Below, one piece after another: positions 20,801 to 31,554 of a stretch of DNA of 64,000 bases (position 1 is the first letter of the stretch; each line of letters begins with the position of its first letter). The notes below the pieces were generated by a model, which did no database searches, was not told the DNA's origin, and worked only from the letters and a program-made list of their open reading frames with translations. The DNA is from Cyanidioschyzon merolae (taxonomy: Eukaryota). The DNA is taken from the NCBI GenBank assembly GCA_000091205.1, contig AP006500.2. One strand, 5' to 3'. The position numbers and the translations under genes were made by a program.

Positions 20801-21337
20801 GCCAAGCTCCCGCCAGTCTTCCGAAAGCAGGGTACCACTACAGCTGGGAATAGCTCCCAAGTCAGCGATGGAGCGGCACTGGTACTCTTAATGAAGCGCA
20901 GCGAGGCACGGCGGCGGGGTCTCCGGCCGCTGGGAACGTTCCGGGCCTTTGCGGTTGCAGGCGTGCCGCCAGCAATCATGGGCATAGGACCCGCGGCCGC
21001 TATTCCGAAGCTACTTTCGCAGGCTGGAGTCGAAGCTAATTTGATTGATCTATACGAAATCAATGAAGCATTTGCCTCTCAGGCGGAATACTGTGTCCAG
21101 AAACTTGGACTCAACCGAGACGTTCTCAATGTGAATGGCGGTGCAATTGCACTCGGTCATCCGTTGGGCATGTCCGGCGCTCGTCTCTGTGTGACGCTCT
21201 TGCACGAGCTTGCTATCCGGGAGGGGCGCTATGGCGTGGTCAGTATGTGTGTTGGTACCGGGATGGGAGCCGCTGCTCTACTGGAACGATGTGAAGATGA
21301 CGGTTTTGATGAGCGACGGTTGCGAGCAGCACTTTAA
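17900..21337 (+). CDS. Single-polypeptide trifunctional fatty-acid beta-oxidation enzyme: enoyl-CoA hydratase + 3-hydroxyacyl-CoA dehydrogenase + 3-ketoacyl-CoA thiolase (FadB-FadA-like fusion)
   Basis: N-terminal crotonase fold (…ACITGTALGGGLELALACHFRVA…). Central NAD-binding 3-HAD domain (VIGGGLMGSGIA…; HFFSPAHVMPLLEIV). C-terminal thiolase with N-terminal thiolase signature (DDDIVFVAAVRTAIGKAGRG), active-site Cys region (NRLCASGLQAIADAA) and C-terminal signature (NVNGGAIALGHPLGMSGARL). All are in one continuous 1145-aa ORF. Confidence 0.85.
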   Translation: MTGESVSVQYQPDGVAIIVFSAPPVNALSVNLRRLLALNVANVVADRRAKAIVLYGGESTFSAGADVGEFPEKLGSAENIISLDTEPFKTLLETSPKPTVACITGTALGGGLELALACHFRVALSDAKLGLPELRLGLIPGLGGTQRLPRLIGVEPALDMIMHSRIIDGEEAHRCGLVDRLVPASRRETLLREACAVALEVASDPQKMPPPLLTRTDKLGNADVEKIRSKYLPRAVEMRQKTGQIQFESCVRAVLEGIERGGGDAGWALEAELFRQCAASEASRALIHVFLASRRTVTNFKAEPHLHEPRTVAVIGGGLMGSGIAACILQNGGRVVLKEVNENALAAAIQRIEAILSRAKVDTADARRRLQGTIEFDKKLFSDVDLVVEAAVENVQAKQGIFRSLAECTGPHCILATNTSTINLDLIGEAIPQVHKEGRLIGAHFFSPAHVMPLLEIVRANRTRNRAVQMVLAFAKHLRKTPIIVGNCAGFAVNRMYFPQTQMAFFLTEYLGIHPYDIDRACQEVLGLPMGPFGLADLVGLDICDSVNQVFSMSYPERVCSLSIAGKLIEMGRKGQKSGAGFYRYGADHRKPIEDREMLDPLLASMTPPPLREPLTPLDIVQMIFFPVVNEAMRVLEERIADKAADLDVASVLGYGFPAYRGGLLYWAQHLPGGPRLILERLREWDTRFGTQCPLFAPSFALECALRSTEPVLERPPRPRLATGSDDDIVFVAAVRTAIGKAGRGLLKDTLPEDMLAPLIGALLDRSAVKPAEVGDVIVGTALPRGDAAAVSLRVAALCAGLPDTVPVRLVNRLCASGLQAIADAAAAIQRGDYGIAIAGGVESMSMNAIQLSLERRSHRLASCAAAEDAYLSMGDTSENVAARFAISRAAQDRFAASSHARASRASLSGRFEREILPISTQVYPTRKAAKQADGNLSTAERAPAVPQPVVAQRDEGIRLGVTTGALAKLPPVFRKQGTTTAGNSSQVSDGAALVLLMKRSEARRRGLRPLGTFRAFAVAGVPPAIMGIGPAAAIPKLLSQAGVEANLIDLYEINEAFASQAEYCVQKLGLNRDVLNVNGGAIALGHPLGMSGARLCVTLLHELAIREGRYGVVSMCVGTGMGAAALLERCEDDGFDERRLRAAL

Positions 21338-21760
21338 AACGATCAGAGCGCTATGTTAAGCGCGCTTACACAGGTACGAATGCGGCATTCTTGCGAGGAT
21401 CATGTCGACAGCGAAGAAATCGGGATCAGGTGAATTAATCGGGATGAGCTGGATTCGATGCACCCGCGAGCATCTAGTCGGCTTCCGGGAAACGGGGAAC
21501 GGATTGATCAACCGATTCTTCTGGCCCGGTATGCGAGCGGGCCCCAAGTCGGCTGCCGAGAAACGGACTTTTGGTCGACCCAGCGAGTTTCGCGACCTAG
21601 AGCCTTGCCGTGGGCGCTCGTAGCAATCCAGCATGTAGTACAATGGTGAACGCGCGAAAACAGGACAGATTTGCGGCACCGTCATGGGTATGCGCCCAAT
21701 TTTATCGATAACAAAGTCAATGCGAGCTGAAAGCGTAATACGAATATCTAAAACACCGTA

Positions 21761-24700
21761 CTCAGACCAGTGAATCCTGGAACACCTGGACCAGCAGCCC
21801 ATATTTGTTTCCGATCGTCTCTCTCGCAGATATGCAACTGACAGTGGCGTCCTTTGGATATGCAAAAAGTCGCGGATAGTCGTCCCGCTGGCACTGCTAG
21901 CTTGCGCGGAGACGGTCTTGAATGTACAAGTCATTCATTCTGTGATCAACAGGCGGGTCAGTCTCGCTTGAGCGGGTCGTTCTCCTGCCGCTCATGATCC
22001 CAAAATAGGGCCTTCCAAGTGCTATCGACATGACTGTCTCTCCATCAGTGTACGCCAGTCCATAGATGCTCAAAGAAACGGTATCAGAAAACCCACTGGA
22101 TGCGAATTTTCCATACCCTTGATATGAGCCGTGGTGAAGCGACATGGATGGGCAAAGAGAAAAAAAGGTGCCTCCCCAGGAGACCGTCACGAGCTGGACA
22201 ATTTCGATTCCGCATTGATAGGCGAACGCTTATGACAGGAGCGACCGGTACTCGCCTCTCTCGGTAACAGCTCTTTCGTGAAAAACGGAGGATCTAAACG
22301 TAGATACGCAAAGCGGTGCCAAAAATTCCTCTCGTAAAGCCTCGACCGGTGAGCGTAGCGACGACAACATCAGCCCCAGCGGCGATTCAAGCATGTAGTC
22401 GCCTGAGTCTCGGCAAACAGGCAGACTCAAGCAACACGTCTGCCTCCCTTCTTCGAAGCACTCTGTGGCCTCTGCTTCTCGCGTTATTCTGTCCTGCGGG
22501 TAGGCCACGTTGCTTGCTGTGACGCAAAGGCGCTCCACGAGTGCGCAGCTGAGACGAGCGTTGAGCTGGTGTTCGCTTCAGCCTGGAAGTGCACGCTCAG
22601 TCCAGTTGGAAGCGTCTTCTCTGTCCTCCGTCGCCATGCTTTCCCTCAGGATGCGTTCCATAAAAACGTTCGGATGCGTGACGCTGTCCTTGGACAAGTC
22701 GTTTTCAGTCTTCGTCAGCGTTGAACGACTCTGGTGCTGAGCGGGTCGCCTGCGGGGAGGGATCGGTGAAGCGCGCCTCAGGCGTTTGGCACGCTCGCGG
22801 CTGAGAAGCTCGTGGAAAAGGCAGCTGCGGGATCGGAAACATATATACGCGGGGAGGCAAGTTGCTGGCTCGCCGTCCATCCACGGGGTCTGACTGCCGG
22901 TGTAAGAAAATGGAAGTGGAGTGCGACGTGCACATCCACGCTACCCGCCACGAAAGGAGAATGCGAAGCAACCACCTGACAGAAAAGAGAAGGATCCCAG
23001 CCGCAAAGAGGACGACGAGAGTCAGGAAGGAAACCCTGCGCACTGGAAAGGCCAGTCCGAAACCAGCGCCTACACGTCGGTGCCAGAACGCATCAACGGA
23101 AAAAATTCTCCGAGTACGTGAGATGCCCAGGGCTATTAGGTATTGCGTAGAATGTGGTTGACGGAAGGCCCGCCTAGCTCTCCCCGAATGGATGCCCCTC
23201 GTGCAGCAACTGGCGGGAAGGGTTTCGGAGGCAGCGCTGCCAGCAGTTCGCATTCGTAGGGAGTTTTTGGTCAAACCCTCGAGCGACAGCACTAGGAATG
23301 CTCCGCTCCGAGCATGCCAGCGGGCCTGTTCGTGGTGTCGTTGACCAATACACACGCTGGCCGGCATCCGTTTCTGCGCTGCACTACATGGTTGCTCGGC
23401 CCATGGACAGCGTAGGTGCCAGGAAAAGTTTCGCCCAAACCTCAGAACCTATAGCCAAGAGCGGGTCCGTGGCGACTACCCTACGAGGCGCACCCCAGAG
23501 GCGTTGTACTCGTTGCGTCCACAGCGTTGTGGTCGACGAAATGTTGGCGACTGACGCAAGCGGCTCTTGGGATGTCCGTGGAGGCACGTGACGAGCTGGC
23601 TCCGGACGAGAAGGTGCTGGAAGCGAGCTCGGAGATGTCGCATCGAGAACGAGCGACGCTCCAGATCGTCCGAGCTCATGGAGTAGGTTTCTGTTCCGGA
23701 GCTGGGCACGTCGTCTCGGAAGGATTACGCGGGCGTTGACCTGGCCTAACTTGCATCCTGCGCTGCTAGGTTTTCGCGAACGCGGCGCTCCACCGCAAGG
23801 CAGACCCTCTGGTCGTATGTGAGCGCCTTTGCATCCTCAAACCCCTGGTCGATACGGTCCCCGCATTTCGGGGCAAAGCCCATGATACCACCGTGCATAT
23901 TTGTGTGGTGTACGACGTCCTCAGTGGTCTACGATGTGTGCGCACGAGCAGCTAGGGGGCACTCTGCCTATTTCGGGCAGAGCGTTGGCGGGGCTCGTTC
24001 AACGCCACTCGTTGGCTGGGAAAACACGGAAAGCGATGTACAGGGGCCTTGGGGACGCGCACGGCACATCAAACAGCATGCACTTTGCGAAACCGCGGCC
24101 CGATGGGAGCAACGAGACTCATATTCAACCGCTTACGGAAAACGAACGTGAAGGCTTCGTGGTGCGCGTGGATGCCGTTTCTGAGGGCGCCGTGGCCGTC
24201 ACCGTGCCCGTTCGTCACGGGGCAGCGCCAGAGACCTGAACGGAAAGCAAATGAGTCTGCTCCACGCCTCCAGGGCTCGGTATCATCCGGAGTTGGACGT
24301 GAACGACGCCAGCAGGCGTACCAACTCGTGGAATGACGACGTAAAGACCTGTCGTGACGCGCTGAGTACGGTATCGGGCAAAAGGAGATGCACTGCGCAC
24401 CTCATTCATAACGGGTATGAGCGACTAGATCGCTCATGCGGACGAGCCATGGCAGAGGAACGCGGGACCGAGCTCGAGTCTCCAACAGTCGCAACCGCTC
24501 GCGGGCACGAGGCGGGTATTCGCAAGCTTCCTCAAAGCACTGGAAACGGAACTGGCCGATCGGTTGCATCTTATAAAGATAGTGCATGGCGGTGGACGCG
24601 CTCTAGTTGCAGAACTGGACTGTCGTCGATAACGCACAAGGGATCCGCGAACCGGCACTGAAGTGCTCTCAGTGATGAGCTCTGGACGAGATTCTCACAT

Positions 24701-25185
24701 CGCGAGCACAGAGACACGCTGAAACTGCCGCTGGAGACGATTTGGAAACGGAGCCGGACGTATGAGATGACGTACGCTGAGTTCATTGAGCTCCAGGTGG
24801 CAATGCAGTCACAGTTGAGACGCTTGCTGTGGAGTGTCTCCATCACGAACGGGAAACGCGTCCAGTTTCTGAACCGAGATTTGAGCGCCCACATCAGCAT
24901 CTGGAACTGCGTCGTTCTTCAGGAGCGTCCATCGGCTTTACTTCAGGCGAGGCTTCGATTCGATTGTTTAGTATGCAGTGTGGGTATTGTGCTGGAATGC
25001 TGCGGACTCTCGATGAAAAACATCATGTATCATCAGAGCGGCGATTAAGTCCCCGCTTGGAGCAAGCCACTTGTATGGTACGGTCTGCACTGTATCAAGG
25101 CTGGACTGCCATATACCTTCGCCACGAACAATGCTCGTGGGTAATTGTCGAACACTCATCGTATTCCTTACTTGGGTATTACGGA
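21761..25185. repeat. 3.4-kb dispersed repeat R, copy 1 (no intact ORF)
   Basis: Near-identical to 39046-42468 and to 63229-64000. ORF-track entries are duplicated between copies with only point differences. Longest ORF is 220 aa with no recognisable domain. Confidence 0.9.
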
Positions 25186-26071
25186 TGAGACTCCGTACAA
25201 AGCAATACGCCTGTTTGATCATCGTATTTGACTCGTTTGCATCGAGTTGCTACTGCTGTTTTACACAGAAGCTTGCATAGTTTTATCGTGCATTGCCATG
25301 TGCGGTCGATGCGCTGGCTCACTGAAGTACCTGCGTCCATGCAGTGTAGACGCGATGCACCTCCAGGACCAGCGGCAAGGCAAACGACGCAGCGCTGTGT
25401 CATTCACGACTAGGAAGAGGCTTTGCACTGCTCGCAGCTGGTGTCCCAGGTCTTTGGATGCTAGGATGCTACAACTCTGCTCCAGATGTGTGCGTTCCCA
25501 AACCAGGATTGTAACGTGAAATGAGCTGCTCTCGCGGACCTTTCTGCTTCATAGAGCCCATAGTGCACCCGAGTGACACCAATCAATGTCAATCGTTTCA
25601 CACAAGATCCCAGGTCAGACGGAACGACTTTGCTCCAAAAATGACGCATACTTCGATGCGTACAATCAGAGTCCCACCGGTGCACTGGGAGACGTTTCAG
25701 GGCTACATACGAAAAAGCGCCGGCAGCTGAAGCTCGCACCGCCCACACCGTAAACCTATCACTTGGCGCCTTGTGGCGTCACCTGAAAACAAAGCAGTTG
25801 CGGCGAGCTCAATGCACCACGGTTGGCGCTAATGGCTATGGTAGGCACGGTGACGGAACGCAGAGCTCCGCAGCGGAAGGGCGGGTCTCTCGGTCGAACA
25901 GGAAGCCGCGCATATTCTTTACAGTGGACGCAGCTCATACCGTGTTTCGCAGTGCTGGCACGGATGCCGCGAAAGGACGCGGGTACGTAGCATAATGATT
26001 CAGATCAGACGAAAGGAGGAGCCTCGCCATCAAACGGTCGCTGGAACCTAACGCGACTCCTGTAACGTTGT

Positions 26072-27808
26072 CTAGAGTTCTCGTGCTCCGAGCAGTAACG
26101 CTCGATCGTCTATGGCAACCACTGCATCTTCTGTCTGTTGTTGTTGTTGGTGCATCCAGCGGGTCATAATCGGATTGGTCTCGGTGGTGGTCTCGTCCTC
26201 GGGACCCGTATCATGACCAGGTACCGTGTCGGGTGCATCCTCCGCACTTTTGATCAAACCGGACAGGTATGTTGCGCTATCCAACGTTGCAGCTAAAGGA
26301 AATTCGCTAAGATCGGCATTACACTGGGCTGATTGCGTTTCTGGCCGCGACAGCGAAGCCGTCTCTTGCGTCTCCTCGAGGGCACCGTACCCGTCGATGC
26401 TGCGCTCCCTATCGGAATCTGACGCTCCATAGGCGAATCGCAAAATCCGTCCAAAAAACAATCCCTGGACGAGAATCGACCAGACGACACCGATATAGGT
26501 CAGCATGAAGAGCAAATGATTGAAGCTCCTGGTCACCGCCTGTCCAGAAGCTTCCAACGCACCGGGAGCAGCGAGTGCCAGGGCGATAGATACTCCACCG
26601 CGCAAACCTGACCAAATGATTATCGCTACAGAATCGATTCTATATACCGCACGACGGTGCCGAGGTTCGTGAACAGCATCCCCGAACAACCGCCAACGGC
26701 GACCTCGTGACCAGTAGCGCCAGCAGCGGCTGCTCAACATCACCGCCGCCAGACTGAGCACCACCGAGGCCGCTCGAGCGATCATCGTGATAAGAATCGT
26801 GATGCAAGCTACAAGCAGCGTGCTTTTCCAGGATGAGGTCGGGCTCCAAACAACCGCCGAGAGACCTATGAGAAGAAAGAGCATTCCGTTAAGTGTTTCA
26901 TCGATGAATTTCCAGATGTGGAGCAATCGCTTCTCACCTCGTCGAGTAAAGGCTGTACCGCGTCCGCGGCTACTCATGACAATGCCAGCAAACACAGCTG
27001 CCAACGGTACGGATGCGTGTACATAGGAGCAAAAAACTTCCAAATTCAATACCAGCACAACTGAGGTCGTCACCTCCAGTAACGCATCCTCCACCATTCC
27101 GATAACATGACAGGCAAGCAGACCGAATGCGAAACCAATAGCGACACCGCCGAGGGCCTCTACTAGAAACACCCGCAGGACTCGAAAAACTGCACTGCAG
27201 TAAGTGCAGGGTTCTGTTGATTTCCCCGACCGAATTAGAACGACGTAGAGAATGACGCTCACAGCGTCGTTGAAGAGCGACTCGCCCAGGATGGCAAAGC
27301 GGGTAGCATCTGGAACTTGGCGGCGATACTTTTTCAGGATACTCATTACCGCAACTGGATCCGTGGGCGAAATAATCGCCCCAAACAGCAGTGCCTCACG
27401 GAAACTGAGCGCATAGAGGCTGGCCAGCCCACCGTAGGTCAGGACGCCTACCAAGAGCGCAGACAGGAGCGTCGAGAGTACCGAGAGCGCGAACACCGTT
27501 ACCCGAATGCGCCGGAACTCTCGCACATCAACGTGCAGTGCAGTCGCAAACAACAGAAATCCCAGGAAATAATCCAGTAAAAGTTCTGGGAATTCGTAGA
27601 TCACTTCAGTAAAACGATCCACTTCCTGCTGCAGGGGCGGCACCACCAGCGCCAGCTGCTTCAACACAAACGAGAGCACAAGTGCAACCAGCGAATTCAG
27701 CACTACCTGCGGTATTTGGAAGACTCGCTCGTTGACCAGTCGAAGGATCCACGTTGTGGTGAGTAGAAGATCCAGAATGACGACCGCTGTAGCGATCATC
27801 AGGAACAA
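26072..27808 (-). CDS. Na+/H+ exchanger, CPA1 (NHE/NhaP) family
   Basis: Polytopic membrane protein, 578 aa, with the NHE signature FGESLFNDAVSVILY and multiple TM helices. The C-terminal hydrophilic tail is acidic. Confidence 0.8.
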   Translation of the reverse strand: MFLMIATAVVILDLLLTTTWILRLVNERVFQIPQVVLNSLVALVLSFVLKQLALVVPPLQQEVDRFTEVIYEFPELLLDYFLGFLLFATALHVDVREFRRIRVTVFALSVLSTLLSALLVGVLTYGGLASLYALSFREALLFGAIISPTDPVAVMSILKKYRRQVPDATRFAILGESLFNDAVSVILYVVLIRSGKSTEPCTYCSAVFRVLRVFLVEALGGVAIGFAFGLLACHVIGMVEDALLEVTTSVVLVLNLEVFCSYVHASVPLAAVFAGIVMSSRGRGTAFTRRGEKRLLHIWKFIDETLNGMLFLLIGLSAVVWSPTSSWKSTLLVACITILITMIARAASVVLSLAAVMLSSRCWRYWSRGRRWRLFGDAVHEPRHRRAVYRIDSVAIIIWSGLRGGVSIALALAAPGALEASGQAVTRSFNHLLFMLTYIGVVWSILVQGLFFGRILRFAYGASDSDRERSIDGYGALEETQETASLSRPETQSAQCNADLSEFPLAATLDSATYLSGLIKSAEDAPDTVPGHDTGPEDETTTETNPIMTRWMHQQQQQTEDAVVAIDDRALLLGAREL

Positions 27809-28286
27809 CGCTTTCTAAGCGCTTGCATGAGGCGGTGCAGGCCGAAAACGCTACCAACAGTCTACCATGTGGATCATCTGCGGTTCGCGTCAGAATCGTT
27901 TTGGAGTTCACGTGCCTAACTGTAGGCTTGACGCGTTTTACGACTAGAATATTTTTCAAAAAGGAGCGATTATCGACAAGGACTAAACAGATTTTTCACA
28001 TGAGTACCAGCAACCTTCCTAGGAAGTGTTCCAAGCTGGCACGCATGTCGTGATCGACCAGGAGATAACAGACTTGATTAGACAAGTGACGGCGTTCGTT
28101 CAAGGAAGTGTTGCAAGCTAGTTGGCAGGTGCCAGCACTGGACACAGCTCAAGCTTTTTCGTACTAGCCTGTAAAACCGCCACGAGCAGTCGCCCGTGCA
28201 ATACGAGGTACTGCAGAAAGCGCTCCGAGGTCCCTGAAAAAGCACAGCTGGCGTAGAGTCGCAAGACGTGTTCGAATGCAAACCTT

Positions 28287-29168
28287 TTGCCGTTTGGAGC
28301 ACTTTCTGTGGAAACGCACGCCATGGGTGCCGAAGACTCTTCACTTTGCGCGGAGCTCTATCGATTTCTGAGGCTGCTGGTTCACAATCTACTCTACGCT
28401 GCGAAGGTGTACCCCGAGCAGTACTTTACTCAGCAAATAGCGTTCAACTTGACGACTCGAGTCGCCACCGTGGACTGCCTCGAGCGCTACATCACTGAGC
28501 ACATCGCGTTGCTCCACCGCGGCCAACGCCCTATAGGTACTGTCCATGAGATGATTGTTTCCATTCAAGAGCTTCCAGAACAACAGGATATGAACCCGAC
28601 GGTCGAATCTGTGGCGAAGCAGACCTCTCAGAATGGAGCAGAGGCGCAGCTGGCATCAAATACGGATCCCTGTCATTCGATGCTCGAGCTTGTTCGTCTT
28701 CGAGTGCTTCTCCCAGATCTTGAGGCACTCGAGGCCCTTGAAGCAACACCAGATAAGTGGAAGCTTCTCGAAGCCTATCGGTCCCGTTTTCGCCTCGTGC
28801 TCTGTCGAGTATTGACGTATCCGTGGCCACCACTCGCGGCACCAGTTTCGCTTGAAACATGGCGTCGAACATTCCGCCTCTATTTTCGTCTTAGTATGCC
28901 AGAGAAACAAGACGATACTGGTCTGATTCTAGAGACGCTTCGAGAACCTATCATATCAGAACGGGAGAGCGCACCGTCCACCAGCGAGAAAGAGCCCGCG
29001 AATGACGCTCGCGCTCTTCTTTATGCCAGTCAGAGGTTTGGCTTTCCGAGGGGCGTTTCCGTCCCTTTATGTGATGACGCAATAACAACACTCGACGGTG
29101 CTTCGAGCTTTCCTCCGAAACTGTCGCTTTTTGTTTTCATTGAAGAGCCACCCTTGGTGCCGATCTGA
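28287..29168 (+). CDS. HORMA-domain-like protein (Mad2/Rev7/p31comet-like fold)
   Basis: N-terminal segment LCAELYRFLRLLVHNLLYAAKVYPEQYFTQQIAFNLTTRVATVDCLERYITEHIALL matches the HORMA N-terminal consensus (…ILYxRxVYPxxxF…vxxxPxLxxYI…). The rest is not diagnostic. Confidence 0.4.
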   Translation: MPFGALSVETHAMGAEDSSLCAELYRFLRLLVHNLLYAAKVYPEQYFTQQIAFNLTTRVATVDCLERYITEHIALLHRGQRPIGTVHEMIVSIQELPEQQDMNPTVESVAKQTSQNGAEAQLASNTDPCHSMLELVRLRVLLPDLEALEALEATPDKWKLLEAYRSRFRLVLCRVLTYPWPPLAAPVSLETWRRTFRLYFRLSMPEKQDDTGLILETLREPIISERESAPSTSEKEPANDARALLYASQRFGFPRGVSVPLCDDAITTLDGASSFPPKLSLFVFIEEPPLVPI

Positions 29169-30689
29169 ATGAGAAACGGTTGCTTCATATGCAACGTATA
29201 CACACGCGTTGACGATTCTATCTTCATGCACTTGCCGGGAATACGATTGGGTCGAAGGATTGATGTAGGCGTTCCATCCAATGATATACTGCACTATGCG
29301 CTGGCTAGGATGAATGCTGAGCTTGCCGGCAACGTACCATGCAAAGATGGCGCTCACAATGTGCCGGCGAGTATGGACAGAAATGTGGCAGGCGAGCGAT
29401 CCAATGCCTCGTGTAATACAGTTCACATTGCGACTTGCATGCAAGAATAAAATAGAATGGGTCCACTGACTCGAGCGTTCACGCTAGATTTCGCGTTTGG
29501 TCCATTGTTCGTCAACACCAGTCTTTGCGGGTTTCGTCTGCGACTGCATCCGTTGCGTATTTGTCATCTCCGGGATTTAACGACAACACAGTCTTTGGAA
29601 TCTCCCTAGCTCCGTCGTTCGCTGTCAAGGAATGATGATAATAGTTTTCAAGTCCAGATGACGCTACGAACACCCGGTCCGTTGCTCGACCGAGCGAACG
29701 TTGTTCGAAGCTTCCACGCAGTATTCGTTTCCTCGCACGCTCTTTGTTTTCGGTGTACTTTCCTGTAATTTCGAATGTGACGTTTGCGCCAAAGCGGCGA
29801 AGAGGTGTTCAGTCGAGAACAGTAACGCGGAAGAAAAAGAGCCGGTCGACGACATGGAGTTCATGAAGCGAATCATGTACTTTTTCGCTCGAGGCTTCGA
29901 AGGAAATCATGTATGGCTAGATGAACGAACAGCGGCTGAAGGCAGAGAATGGTGCCAAGGCAAAGGAAAAAGCAAGAAACGGTACATTCGCGATACGGCG
30001 AGGAGATGGATCGTTCAGCGTCGAGACGGATGACGTGGGCGTAGTCATCCTGATCAACAGCGAACTTGGTTCACGCTTCACGAGCCCCTGAGAGCTCAAA
30101 CGCACTCGTGCTCAGAAGAGGAAATACGCGTAGGACCAGCGCATATTTGAGGTGTATCGACTCATAGAGATGCTTCCCAATGCGATCTGCATCTGCATTG
30201 ATCCAGGAAGAACGAACCTTGATACCTGCGCTTCCGTGAGATTCGAAGGAGGGTCCGATTCCGCTGTGGGAACCGACGACGCTCCGTGAATGTTCGTATG
30301 GAACCCTCTGACCCTCAAATACGCTCAGGAGTTTCGCTCGCGCATCTGGAGTGTTCTTCTCAGCAGAAGAGAACAAAACGAGTGAATTGTCCAATGACTG
30401 AGCAAACGAAACAGATGGGAATAGCAGAAACCTTGGCCGCACAGTGGATAGCGATGCCCACGAGCGGTTCACGTACTATGGTCCCGTCATGCTCATTGAC
30501 TCGTGTTGTGGGAATAATACACGAAAAACGAAGAGCGTTCGAGGAAGCGGATGGTGAGTTATCGAATGGAATCATTTGCGGTCCCGTTTGCAGCGGACAG
30601 AGCACTCGTCCGTAAGATCGCTCAGAAGAAGCGCGTGACCGTCAGGTACGGCACCAAGCGCGAAAACGGTAGATGATATCCAGGAACTC

Positions 30690-31030
30690 TCCTGTCTTCG
30701 TAAAGTGCATATAGAGGGCGATGAAGGATGTGCTCAAGCCCCACACGGCGACGTTCGAAGGCGACGATGTGGTGGACACACGGAAATAATTGACTTCCCT
30801 CGAGTTTCACGGCTGCGAAGGGCATACCAAGGCTGTTTCCAAGGAAGATGAAAATAAGAGTCGGAACGTGAATCGCTACTTTCACGTATGCATAAAATAC
30901 GCAGAAACACGGCCGGAAGCAGTAAAATCGGGATTTTAACGCAGCCATCAACATCCATCAACTGCGAACAACGGAGCTGGTGGGGCAGGAAAGACCAGCA
31001 TTCTAAAAGCCTGAGACAAGAACGCATTGA
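30690..31030 (+). repeat. Partial copy of the ~1.4-kb IR-arm repeat family
   Basis: About 300 nt align with 49400-49700 and with 38440-38700. Matching blocks: cacggctgcgaagggcataccaaggctgtttccaaggaagatgaaaataagagtcggaacg // cacgcctgtgcagagggcagcgagactgtgtccaaagaagatgacaagagcaattgaaacg, and cgtatgcataaaatacgcagaaacacggccggaagcag // cctgtgcatgaaatgcgtctaaacaggccgcaag. Confidence 0.6.
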
Positions 31031-31554
31031 GCAAGCAGTCATAGAGAAAACCGGCAAACACTAGCGTTGCTATTGATTGCGAGAGACAAAAACCTTGGTG
31101 TACAAGCCAAGTGAGAGGGCCCATTCCATTTTATGCTGGCATGGTTGCAGGATACAATCCACATATAGAATTATCTGAGCAGACGAATGGATTCGTCTAC
31201 CAGAGCATGCGACCACACACAGACGTGTCAACGGGGACAAACGCAAGCCGTGCTGCAGACGCTCTGCCTCCGTCCGAACGAAAAGGCCGCGCTTGCCTGC
31301 AGGTGGCATGTTCATGCTGCTGGCCCCGACTCTGAAGCGTTTGCTTAAAGACGTGCGGCGCACAGACCCGTGATAAAGCGCTGCAGCAAATGTCGCAAGT
31401 TAACCTACCGTACGCAGGTACCCGAAATCCAGTTTGGTTTCCGCGCTTCGCTCAGAATATGCACGGCTCAAGCGCAGCGATCACTTAAGTCGCTAGGAAC
31501 AGTCCACAAGCGCACACTGCCTTCATGGCGGTACGTCAGCAGCCCGCTCGCTCT

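Noticed and set aside
21761-25185. Repeat R as a Helitron
   Set aside because: In reverse orientation it starts with TC and one copy is preceded by A. But the second copy is preceded by C, the 3' end is …GGTCTGAG rather than CTRR, and only a 4-bp hairpin (CCAG-gattca-CTGG) is available. There is no Rep/helicase ORF. The evidence is insufficient.
21761-25185. Repeat R as LTR retrotransposon or LINE
   Set aside because: No terminal direct repeats, no RT/integrase/gag-like ORF and no poly-A or microsatellite tail at either end. The truncated third copy's orientation relative to a putative 3' end cannot be established.
30622-30954. Small ORFs starting MPFAA… at 30622-30954(-) and 38192-38515(-) as a paralogous small-protein family
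   Set aside because: Their similarity is explained by their location inside copies of the ~1.4-kb non-coding repeat family. Sequence outside the shared nucleotides is unrelated and there is no frame conservation.
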